From a virus (taxonomy: Duplodnaviria; Caudoviricetes), in IMG/VR virus record IMGVR_UViG_3300020045_011827, positions 1 to 25,110 of that record: a stretch of 25,110 nucleotides of DNA. One strand, 5' to 3'. A program made the position numbers and the translations under genes. The first letter of the stretch is position 1. The number at the start of each line of letters is the position of its first letter. Shown here piece by piece: positions 16,290-25,110 of this stretch. The notes below the pieces were generated by a model. That model did no database searches. It worked only from the letters and a program-made list of their open reading frames with translations, and was not told the origin of the DNA.

Positions 16290-18374
16290 TTAAATAATAT
16301 CACCTATTACCCCTACATTGATACCCTCGTAGGAAACATTAACTAAATCGACTGAGGTGTTTTCCATATTCGTGTACAAACGGTAGTTTACTTCGTTTGT
16401 GACTGGGTTTGGCAACTTAACTCGTAGCCTCTTTGTTATCTTTGATGAACCAACAACATCTGCTGGTACTGCTAGTTGCTTGCCCCAACCGAGCACTCTG
16501 TTATTTGATGACCGATACATCAAACGTGGGTTGCTCCAACCAGCCAACAAATTGCGAGCTGCCGTACCGTTAGTGAATGGCTTAGTTTTTGTCTTACGCT
16601 TGCCTTTTTGGTTGATATAGGTAACTTCACAGTATACTGTACCTATCCACTCAGCAACGTAAAACACAACCTGGTTGATAGCCCAATAGCTGTTTCTGCC
16701 AGTAGAAAATGGTATCAATGAGCCAGTTACCTCAGTAGGGAATGGGAGAGCTAAACCACCACTATCCTCATCTTCGGCAACATGCCCCTCAGCAAGCTTG
16801 AATATCTCATTGCCTTGCCTGATATAAAGAAAACTCGCTTGGTTCGGTGGTGATATGGTGCCAATCCAATCGGCTGCTAAATCCCAAATTGCCCATTTTG
16901 GTAAGTCTGGGTTAGATAAATCGTACACGATAATCTGATTATTGTAGTTGTAACCTCGTGATGGCACCGTCATAAAGACGTAGGTATTCCATGCCGTACC
17001 GACAATCTTATCAAATGAAGCATTTTTAATTGTTGCATAGGTTTTTGCTATCTGAGGGCTAATAACTGAGTTAGACAACATATTCTGTATCTGTGCTTTC
17101 GTATCAATGGCGTTAATACCATTGGCACTTGGGAATATCAACTTACCGAGGAAGTTAATGACTGCAAACCTCGCATATACTGCATTAGCCCCAGTATTCA
17201 TCTCATCAAAGCCCCAATATTGTTTGGCCTGGTTGCCGTATGTAATCGTCTTTTGGCTCAAAATATGCTGCTTGGCAGTACCCTCAGTACCACTGGATAA
17301 GGTAAAGAGATTTGGTACGCCCTGGTTATTACGGAAACCCACTACTGACGTTGGGTAGTAGTTGGTACCCTTACTAAGTGGCATAGTCTGTGCACCGTCA
17401 GCCTCGCTGAAAGAGATGCCAGTATCAGTTTGCCCTGCGAAATAGATGTTATACAGATTGTCAGGATCACCATACAGAACTGGGGTATTCCCTGCCATAA
17501 CGCCAGCACTCGCCTTAACACCAGATGTGGTGTTAGTATCGGGGCCTACACCACCAGATATATCAAATGGTACCGAACCATTATCGGCAAATGTAGTTGT
17601 GGCTGGCGGTACACTAGCCATAAACACCAAATCACTTGGTTGTGGCGTTGTCCCAGCGATTGAGCTAGCACCAAAGATACCACGAGCAGTTACTCCTGCT
17701 GGTGGTGTGTCGTTAAACGTAATAGTTAAGTATTCAGTGCCGTCAGTTTTCCATGTTGAGCGTGACTTTGATACAGTCTGAGTGAGTATTTTTGCTGGGT
17801 CAATAGCAGTACGACCACCACCGTCAGAGTAGTACACAATCGCATAGTACACCTTAAACGTGCCAGTGGTTGAAATGCCAGTTGCAGCGGCGGTGAGGGT
17901 GCTGGTAGCGTTGGCTACATAGGTAAACTTAGTGACATTTTTAGTTGCTAAATTAACATACCCTAAGTTATCCACACCATTCATAATTAGCAAAATGTCA
18001 TTGGTTCGCATGAATGTCGTGTTAGTACCTACGGTAGTCGTAATCGTATTGCTACCACCACAATTGGTCCAAGCAGTCGCGTTTTCTTGACAATATTTAA
18101 TCTTGCCGTTATCAGCCACGAAGTAATACATCTGTTCGTCATAGTAAATAGCGCTAATCTCACCGTTAAACCCTACTGTGTCAGGAAGCCATTTGCGCTT
18201 CACTAACCGCTTAGTGATATTGTTTGAGCTGTTCACCCAAACATTTCTGCCATAAGTATAGCTATTGACTGGCGTATTGTACTCGCCACGCTCATCAAGC
18301 CCTGCACTAAACCCAACGACATCTCGTGAGACTATGCTCTGTTGTTTCACTTGTGCTTGTTTGTCGAGTGCCAT
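16290..18374 (-). CDS. tail nozzle / tubular protein B-like (P22 gp10-like) virion protein
   Basis: 694 aa beta-rich; N-terminal F..GL...N.......I.KR pattern; follows an adaptor-sized gene. Confidence 0.65.
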   Translation of the reverse strand: MALDKQAQVKQQSIVSRDVVGFSAGLDERGEYNTPVNSYTYGRNVWVNSSNNITKRLVKRKWLPDTVGFNGEISAIYYDEQMYYFVADNGKIKYCQENATAWTNCGGSNTITTTVGTNTTFMRTNDILLIMNGVDNLGYVNLATKNVTKFTYVANATSTLTAAATGISTTGTFKVYYAIVYYSDGGGRTAIDPAKILTQTVSKSRSTWKTDGTEYLTITFNDTPPAGVTARGIFGASSIAGTTPQPSDLVFMASVPPATTTFADNGSVPFDISGGVGPDTNTTSGVKASAGVMAGNTPVLYGDPDNLYNIYFAGQTDTGISFSEADGAQTMPLSKGTNYYPTSVVGFRNNQGVPNLFTLSSGTEGTAKQHILSQKTITYGNQAKQYWGFDEMNTGANAVYARFAVINFLGKLIFPSANGINAIDTKAQIQNMLSNSVISPQIAKTYATIKNASFDKIVGTAWNTYVFMTVPSRGYNYNNQIIVYDLSNPDLPKWAIWDLAADWIGTISPPNQASFLYIRQGNEIFKLAEGHVAEDEDSGGLALPFPTEVTGSLIPFSTGRNSYWAINQVVFYVAEWIGTVYCEVTYINQKGKRKTKTKPFTNGTAARNLLAGWSNPRLMYRSSNNRVLGWGKQLAVPADVVGSSKITKRLRVKLPNPVTNEVNYRLYTNMENTSVDLVNVSYEGINVGVIGDII

Positions 18375-19087
18375 TACCAGATACCTGTTATGTAGCTATA
18401 ATCGCCAAATCCAGCGTCATAGGCAGCACTGGAAGCTCGGTTAGCGGCAATCTGCTTGTTCAGTTCGTCACGGTATTTTTGGGCAAATGGTGGGCTTAAC
18501 GCGACTTTGGTAACATTTGATAGTGTGACATTCTTTGCCATGCCAAGTATTGCTAATTGGTTACTTGGTAACTCGTTAAGACCAGTATCATCGGTTCTTG
18601 TCAGCCTAGTGTGATATTTTACGACATCGAGTTTTAGCTTTGAGCCGACCTCATTATCATTTAATGGTCGTGATAACACGATATTTCCATTGATAAAAGT
18701 TGCTCTATTTGGCGTGTCATAGATATCGCCATCACCACTTGCAATTTGGTCTGGGTCAACCATTTTGAACTTTGATAGAACTATATCATCAGTTCCAACA
18801 ACCTTGAGGTATTTGGCTATATCTTTGCTAAATACTGGCGAACGATATTCTTCTGGTAGGGGGAACACATACGCTGTCGTGTTAGCCACCGTAGCTAACT
18901 CATAGTCATTCTCACGCAACTTACCCCAGTAATCCTCAGTCTCATACTCATCAAGCCAGAGGTTAAACCCTCGGATAAACTCGTTCTGAAAGGTGGTTAA
19001 ATCATCACCATCATCGTCGTTTTCTGAACCGTTGACGGTAAAGTAAAGATTTTGTGCCATTTCTGTTATATTGTCGATTACTGCCAT
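18374..19087 (-). CDS. head-tail adaptor / tubular protein A-like
   Basis: 237 aa; W..L, YVFPLPEEY motif; position before the nozzle gene. Confidence 0.6.
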   Translation of the reverse strand: MAVIDNITEMAQNLYFTVNGSENDDDGDDLTTFQNEFIRGFNLWLDEYETEDYWGKLRENDYELATVANTTAYVFPLPEEYRSPVFSKDIAKYLKVVGTDDIVLSKFKMVDPDQIASGDGDIYDTPNRATFINGNIVLSRPLNDNEVGSKLKLDVVKYHTRLTRTDDTGLNELPSNQLAILGMAKNVTLSNVTKVALSPPFAQKYRDELNKQIAANRASSAAYDAGFGDYSYITGIW

Positions 19088-19101
19088 ATCTTTATTTTAC
19101 C

Positions 19102-21345
19102 TTATCCTTGTTTAATCTCATGTACTATATTTGGACGAACCACATTAACAACTGGTATGTTAGCCGTATCGGAGGTAGAAATCGTTTCATACTGCCTGAC
19201 TCTTGGTGCGAACACGCCGCTGTTGCCTAATGTGCCGAACTCGGTGCTAATACCTTTGGGGCCACTACCGCCTCGGCCTGAGCCAGACTTTTTAGCTGAG
19301 TATTTATTTTCAGTTGGTTCACCCTCTTTGTACGAACCGCCAGCTTGGGTGAATAGGTTGTCCAAGTCCCATAGCTTTTGGTACATATCAGAGTCATAAT
19401 CATCTGAGTCTGGGTTGCCCATTGCTCGCCATTCATTGATAGTAGTGCCCTGATATTTCTGCAAATCTTTGTACTCAATACCATTATCTTCAAGTACTTT
19501 CGTGCGGTTTAGCTGTGTTTTCAAATCCTCTATCTTACTCGGTTTTGAAAGAGGGTCAGCTTCAAGCATCTGTAATTTAACCTGCATAGCCATTCGGTCA
19601 CTCGCATAATCACCATTTTGTCGCCATACACTGTCACTACCAGGGCTGGTGCCATCACCAATACCCTTAGTGACTGCCTTTTGGATATCTTTGATTTGTT
19701 CAGGCTTCATTTCCATGCCTTTTTCCATTTGCGCTCGTAGTTTAGCGTCAACAAGACCCATCAAACTTTCGTTCTCAAGCACCCCAATTTCTCGCAACCC
19801 ACCATACGTCAGGTTGTTTACTTGCTGTTCCTCTTTGACATCTTCAACCCCCTGCTGCTGCTCGCTACCATTTGCACCAAGTAATGTCGCAATCGGGTTA
19901 GGGTTATGCAAGACGTTACCATAACTATCCATCTTATCTATAGTGTTGACCTTGTTATTCAAGCCTGGGATGCCACCAGCGATACTATCAAGTAAGTTAT
20001 TGATAGCTGATTTAGTAGTCGTATCATTTTGAGTCGAGTCAGTCATTTTAGCAATTTGGTTCAATAATGCGCCAACTGGGGTAAATGCACGAGTTAATGA
20101 CGTTAATTGGTTCTTAACCCACTGGTCGCCCTTACGCCCCTCAAGACCTGCCGCAAACGCCTGTAGTGAGGCTGATGGCGAAAGTTCTGATAAGGCACCG
20201 ACTGTGCCTTTCCATAGTCCCTCTGGGGTAGTCTTTCCTTGAAGATTGGCTGGTATTACTAACGGTAATGCTAACGCACCGAAATAGCCAGGGATACTAA
20301 AATACTGACCACCTATTTTGATAGAGTTTGGCTTAATCCCCTCTGCTTCCCATCGTTCACGCTCGGCTGGGTCGTCTGGATATGACGGTGTGATAATACC
20401 AGCCCCAGCTAATGCAGCCCCTAAAGTATACAGAACTGCACCTGAGCCAGCATAAACCTTAGCAGAGTACAGAGCGTCCGATAGGGCTAATTTATCGCCC
20501 TTAGCAAAAGCCTTACCTGCCATAGCTAGGTCTGGTAGCCCCAATGTAGCTCGTTTCGCACCGCCCCATAGTGACCGACCAATAACGGTTGGATAACCAA
20601 CCGTTAATCGAACGGCTGCTTTTGCAAGGTTTTGCGTTAGTTTTCCACCCCCCTTACCACCTATCCAATCAGTCAATGACTCCTCAATTTTCCTACTGTG
20701 ATACATACCACTCAGGGCGTTTTCGTTTAATGCCCACTCCATGTAGTGTTCCACGGCATTATCTGGGTCACTATGAAGCATCACTTCAACATCACGTTCT
20801 AACTGGTCGCCTGAAACGCCCTGTTTTTTAAGCATGTTCTTGTAGTAATGAGCGGCACGAGCATGTCCAACTGCATTGATATTACCCTCACCAAGCGTGT
20901 TCATGGTCGTAGACCATTGTTTAACACTCTTAGACAAGATATTTTCGTCAAGGGCATTACGAGCCTTAAAATCGGTTACGACTGAGCGATTACCAATCTT
21001 ATTACCAAGTTTAGCACCCCTACCGCTATAGCCACCACCAATACGCCCTAGTGTACTGTTTTCTAAACGTACCAGGCTCGTGTTAGTAAAGTTTCGTACG
21101 CCAGTACCAATACCAGAAAGCATGTTTGCATCAATCCAGTCCATCTGATAGACACCAGCCTCTTTTTGCGCTTTCTGGATAGCCTTTAGAGCCTCTGGAT
21201 TTTTATTACCTTTAAGCACACTATTCGCAATTTTATATTCAGTAATGAGTGACTGCTTCTCGGCATCTTCGGCTGCTTGTTGTGCCTGTTTCCATATATC
21301 GAAATCGCTGGCTGATTTAGTGCTGTTGTACCTATCCGTGTCAAA
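19102..21345 (-). pseudogene. C-terminal part of a large internal-virion (ejection) protein, cut off from its N-terminus; upstream limit approximate
   Basis: Frame stays open and protein-like upstream of GTG 21219 (to stop at 21397-21399); no SD at 21219; G/A-rich with hydrophobic central stretch. Confidence 0.7.
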
Positions 21346-21930
21346 CAGGTCAAGGGCATTGATGTTAAGGACGAAAGTGTTATACCAGCTAATCTGTCAG
21401 AGAAGCCTGGTACTGTTCGTATTAGCACCAAGACTGACCCAGTGAAAGCTAAGAGTGAGGCGATTGCGGCTCAGACACCGCCAGCCATGCCGTTACCGAA
21501 AGTTGGCACGGTTATGCCAGATGGCACCAAAATCACTAAGCGTATGGTTGACGCTGCTAAGAATCAGAAGAAACTGGCTAAACAATACGCTAAGGCTAAA
21601 GCTGACAAACAAGCTGTAATTGATAATATGTCAGGCAGCAACGAGCAAATTACTGATATCCGTAGCTTATCAAGGCTTGCAAAAAACTCACTTGAAAATG
21701 ATACTACAGGCATTAAACCTAACGGTGTCGAGCGTTCTGGCGGATTTGTTGAGAATGGCAACGCTAAACCGATTGAATACCGCCGTCTTGAAGATGGGAG
21801 CGTGGCAATCGTTGATGGTCGTCACACGATGGAATATGCTCGTCAAAATGGTATCAATGATTTTCCTATGAAAGATGTCACAAGCCAGTATGCACCCAAT
21901 CAAGCCCCAACAGGCAATTTTAGTGACTAG
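21316..21930 (+). other. inverted coding fragment containing a ParB/Srx-like domain
   Basis: Stop-to-stop open frame with protein-like content and no RBS; PIEY...DGS..IVDGRH...ARQNG...P motif. Confidence 0.7.
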
Positions 21931-22824
21931 GTTTTTAATGTCTTTTGGTGCAGTCACTATTCTCGGTATTTCACGAGTACCACTCGTTATTTTTGAGGCT
22001 TTATCGAACTTGGCGGTACTGCTCGGTGATACTGCTGTAAGCAAGTTGCCAAGTAGGTAAGCAGTAGAGTCGGCATTTCTCATTTCTTCGAGAGCCTTAC
22101 CACTCTTGCCCTTATCTCTGAACTCAGCTATCTTCTTATTTGGTTTGTTAAACCAACCAGATACAGTATTAGCTAAACGTCTGCCAGTCAGTAAATCCAC
22201 ATTATCTTTATATCTATCGCCAGTAACCTTATTGATGCCCAAACCAGCCGCTTTTTGTGGGAGTGTGGCTAAATCCCAACCACCCTTAACAATATCCACG
22301 CCAGTCCGAGCAGCACCAGTAGCGGTTGCTTCCAAGTAGTCTTGACTTGATAATCTACTTTTACCAGCCGCTTCATTAAGTGGTTTACTAATATCTTTCG
22401 GCTTTACACCACCCTGAGCAATCATACGCATAGACGGTGATTGCTGTGGCTTGCCAACATTTATTGGCTGTGGGGCTGGCATGTTTCTAATAGCCGTCAT
22501 ACTGTCAGTAGTTGGCTTTGGTTTTGGCACTGACACTTTATTACTGACTGTTTTACCAGCTATCGCATCCATGTTGGGTGATTGGCGCTTAGTTGGCGTA
22601 CTAATCATATTGAGAGTACCCATCTGAGATTGAACCTTTGGTTTTTGTTCTCTTGCCCCACCAATTACGTCAACCACGCTGTTGGCGTTCGTCCTGATAC
22701 CTGGGTTGGGGGTAGGCCGAATAATCGTTGGCTCTGGTCGCTTTTTCTCTTGGCGACGCTGAACTTCACCCTTTCTATCCCAGGGTGTTACCTTGTCTAT
22801 AAAGTTAGTGAAGAACGAAGCCAT
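21915..22824 (-). pseudogene. N-terminal part of the large ejection protein; runs into antisense sequence after ...KNLVTKI
   Basis: GGAG SD before ATG 22824; composition switches abruptly to antisense-like residues (ACWGLIGCILACD) near 21915. Confidence 0.7.
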
Positions 22825-22825
22825 G

Positions 22826-23809
22826 CTAGGCTCCCATGCCAGCTAGTTTTTTCCTCGATTCACCGATAGTAAATATACCAGCGGTATCATTATTCCCTTT
22901 AGAAACGGTTGAACTTTGGTCAGTTGGGGCACCAAACGCGCTTATCTCTGGGGCCTGGACTTTGACAGGAGCAGCATCGTACGCTGAAACAGGCGCAACG
23001 CTGTACTTAGCGATTTCAGGGGCTAGTGAGCCAGCTTGGGTGAGATAGTTAGACGCTGTTGCATTATCCTCGGCATCAGAATATAACTTAGCCATATCTT
23101 GATTAAGAGTTTGCTTTTGGGTAGCATTTTCACGACGAGCCGCAAACTCGTTATTAAGTCTAACGCCCTCGTTAGCGCGTCGTTTCCCAGCTAATTCACT
23201 CAAGAAACTGGATATAGTCGTATCTAGTTTACCTTGGTTCTCATTGCGAGTATCGAGGCCAGTTCGTATATCACTACTCACGGTATCTCTGACGGCATTA
23301 TTAGCCCATCCCTCAGCACCAGTACCACGCAAGATTGATAGCAAGCCACTTATACTCTTAACACCAGCTCGTAGTGACTCCATCATGTTAGAGTCGTAAT
23401 TCATGGTGTTAGTATCGGTATTTTTATTATAGTTGCCCTGCTCGGTTGTTTCCTGTGTCTTAAACAGATTTTCAGCATTCGTGTATTCTTGCTCATTGCC
23501 AGCCAATGCCCGTTCTAAGATACCGCCAAGTTGATCGAGGCTCATTTGGGTTGCATCAACAGCGGCTTTATTCAAAACAGGCTTGGGGGCGACGACAGGT
23601 GCAGGTGCAGGTGTAGATGCATAATAATTATTAGAATTACCATTAGGTGTGGCGTTCCCTAGCACATTACCCGTTGTTGGGGCACTAGCAGGTTGCAGAT
23701 AATTAACCGCACCCGAAGATGCGGTTGATGGGTTAAGTGTTTGGCTTTGGGTACTACCAGATATTGGTATACCGTAATTATTATTGCCACCACTAATTGT
23801 AATCGGCAT
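22826..23809 (-). CDS. putative internal virion / DNA ejection protein
   Basis: 327 aa, N/S/A/T-rich with coiled-coil character; AGGAG SD; precedes the large ejection gene. Confidence 0.6.
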   Translation of the reverse strand: MPITISGGNNNYGIPISGSTQSQTLNPSTASSGAVNYLQPASAPTTGNVLGNATPNGNSNNYYASTPAPAPVVAPKPVLNKAAVDATQMSLDQLGGILERALAGNEQEYTNAENLFKTQETTEQGNYNKNTDTNTMNYDSNMMESLRAGVKSISGLLSILRGTGAEGWANNAVRDTVSSDIRTGLDTRNENQGKLDTTISSFLSELAGKRRANEGVRLNNEFAARRENATQKQTLNQDMAKLYSDAEDNATASNYLTQAGSLAPEIAKYSVAPVSAYDAAPVKVQAPEISAFGAPTDQSSTVSKGNNDTAGIFTIGESRKKLAGMGA

Positions 23810-23817
23810 GTTTGCTC

Positions 23818-23850
23818 CTATTTTTTCGTAGATTTAAGTTTGGAAACCAT
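23818..23850 (-). CDS. leaderless upstream mini-ORF MVSKLKSTKK
   Basis: ATG 6 nt after TG-G-TAAAAT; its TAG overlaps the AGGAG SD of 23809. Confidence 0.45.
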   Translation of the reverse strand: MVSKLKSTKK

Positions 23851-23865
23851 AAGTATATTTTACCA
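23851..23865 (-). promoter_or_regulatory. extended -10 promoter of the virion operon
   Basis: TG-G-TAAAAT just downstream of a terminator. Confidence 0.65.
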
Positions 23866-23874
23866 CATGTATAG

Positions 23875-23903
23875 AAAAACCAACCCTTTTTTACAAGGGT
23901 TGG
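23875..23903 (-). terminator. intrinsic terminator
   Basis: CCAACCCTT/AAGGGTTGG stem followed by TTTTT on - strand. Confidence 0.8.
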
Positions 23904-23958
23904 GTGACAGGTAACATAGTATAGGTGAGGGGGTGGGCACCGCACCTATGTTGCTATT

Positions 23959-24471
23959 CTACTTGGCTTTAGCCCAATGGTCAACAAAGTTTTTGACAGC
24001 TTCCTCACCAAACTTCTTATGCCCTGTAAACGTGTAAAACACGAACATATGAGCTGGTCGTTTGCCCTTTAGCTCAGGTACGCTAATCTCATAGCGTAAA
24101 GCCTGTGGCTCGTCCTTGACCACGCCCTGTTCCAACGCATAGAGCGCACAGATAAACTCGTGGATAGGGTAGCCATGACCGCCAACCAAGTCCAGCGCAA
24201 TTTCTTCCATACGAGAACGCGTGATGTTCGCGTCTTGCTCGTCATACCGCTTAATAATTTTTGCCAACTTATGCGCCAACAGCTCATCGTGGTAGATGTA
24301 TGGAGCTTCTTTCAAAGCAGTAATCGTGCCTTTTTTCTTATCAATTCCGACATTACCTAGCTCTTGCTCGTCATAAAATAGCAAGTCAATGTCAAGTGGT
24401 GACATCGTGAGGCTACCGACCACTTCCATTAGTTCATTTGTGTTTAACCCTTTTAACAGCGTTAATAACAT
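23959..24471 (-). CDS. hypothetical protein (170 aa)
   Basis: AAGGAG SD, own promoter and terminator. Confidence 0.8.
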   Translation of the reverse strand: MLLTLLKGLNTNELMEVVGSLTMSPLDIDLLFYDEQELGNVGIDKKKGTITALKEAPYIYHDELLAHKLAKIIKRYDEQDANITRSRMEEIALDLVGGHGYPIHEFICALYALEQGVVKDEPQALRYEISVPELKGKRPAHMFVFYTFTGHKKFGEEAVKNFVDHWAKAK

Positions 24472-24495
24472 ACCACTCCTTTTTTATAATATTGA

Positions 24496-24511
24496 TGTTA
24501 AAATCATACCA
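24496..24511. promoter_or_regulatory. overlapping bidirectional extended -10 promoters
   Basis: + strand TG-T-TAAAAT (24496-24504), 6 nt, ATG 24511; - strand TG-G-TATGAT (24511-24503). Confidence 0.6.
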
Positions 24512-25110
24512 TGAGTACATCAACAATCGTAAAACATGGTGAGATTGAAAACATAAACGTAAAAGTAGAGATAATCCCCATCACTGGTGTGACTGGCGAA
24601 GTTCATTACAACCCAGGACTGGCACGAGATAACAAAGGCAACCTGTGGATAAGTCTACGCTCATGTGTGTATAACCCTGACCGTTGGGAGGGGTGGGAAC
24701 ACCCAATGCACTGGCAAAACTATGTCAATATGGGGCTATTAAACGAAGATACTATGGAAATATCTGGCCTCAAAGAAATCAAACCTGTGGAAAACTATGA
24801 TGGGTTCCAGTGGGGGCTAGAAGATGCCCGTTTATTCTGGCGTAAAGACGGTATACACGCTATTGGTGTTATTTTGCCAATTAGAAACGATGATTACCAC
24901 ACGAGTCAGGCCGAGGTACTCCTAGACCACGCAAAAGGCACCTACAAGCTGCTCAAAGACCACGGCCAACCTAAAGGGCATACCGAAAAGAACTGGTCGC
25001 CACCTGAAACGGCTACTGATAAGTTCGATTTTGCCTATTCTACCTCTGAGGTGATTAAAGATGGTGTAATCACTGGTATTGACGACCATATGGCTATCCA
25101 TAACGGTACC
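24511..25110 (+). CDS. partial five-bladed beta-propeller glycosidase-like protein (GH130-related), runs off the window
   Basis: Not in the ORF track; translated by eye with no stop for 200 codons: HYNPG, GLEDARLF, EKNWSP, IHNGT. Confidence 0.65.
   Translation, partial: MSTSTIVKHGEIENINVKVEIIPITGVTGEVHYNPGLARDNKGNLWISLRSCVYNPDRWEGWEHPMHWQNYVNMGLLNEDTMEISGLKEIKPVENYDGFQWGLEDARLFWRKDGIHAIGVILPIRNDDYHTSQAEVLLDHAKGTYKLLKDHGQPKGHTEKNWSPPETATDKFDFAYSTSEVIKDGVITGIDDHMAIHNGT

Noticed and set aside
21688-21914. C-terminal ~75 aa of track ORF 21688..22824 as genuine protein
   Set aside because: It is the antisense of the protein-like + strand ParB fragment and has an abruptly different composition
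21442-21930. Independent + strand gene starting at GTG 21442
   Set aside because: No RBS or promoter seen; the protein-like frame extends about 40 codons further upstream without a credible start
21248-21958. 8-9 bp inverted matches (AGTGACTGC at 21248 vs 21950; TGCCTGTT at 21283 vs 21909) as invertase sites
   Set aside because: The left copies lie outside the breakpoint interval allowed by the reading frames (21316-21396) and are short enough to arise by chance
142-24360. Numerous antisense or alternate-frame ORFs in the track (for example 564-812, 4998-5312, 14902-15342, 17446-17781)
   Set aside because: They shadow better-supported genes and lack RBS or recognisable motifs
1-25110. Stop-codon reassignment
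   Set aside because: Long genes are intact under the standard code and TAA, TAG and TGA all terminate tightly packed genes

Overview
The window is part of a tailed dsDNA phage genome with podovirus-like (P22/T7-type) virion genes and the standard genetic code. The host is not determinable from the sequence. On the + strand, 98-7811 is a tightly coupled chain of small, partly paralogous hypothetical ORFs, followed by an HNH-like gene, a D5-like SF3 helicase, a TerS-like gene, a VRR-NUC nuclease and a YqaJ exonuclease. On the - strand, 7740-24471 carries ejection proteins, tail adaptor/nozzle, portal, scaffold, major capsid, tail fibre and lysis genes, with the large terminase inserted in the opposite orientation. 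A partial GH130-like beta-propeller gene runs off the right end. The most notable observations are: a ~570-bp ParB-domain segment lying inverted inside the large ejection-protein gene; constant-variable-constant cassettes with junction repeats in the early region; a candidate ~125-nt structured small RNA between capsid and terminase; and a recurrent terminator / extended -10 / leaderless-ATG architecture that includes a leaderless uORF. All product calls come from motif recognition and gene context, not database searches.
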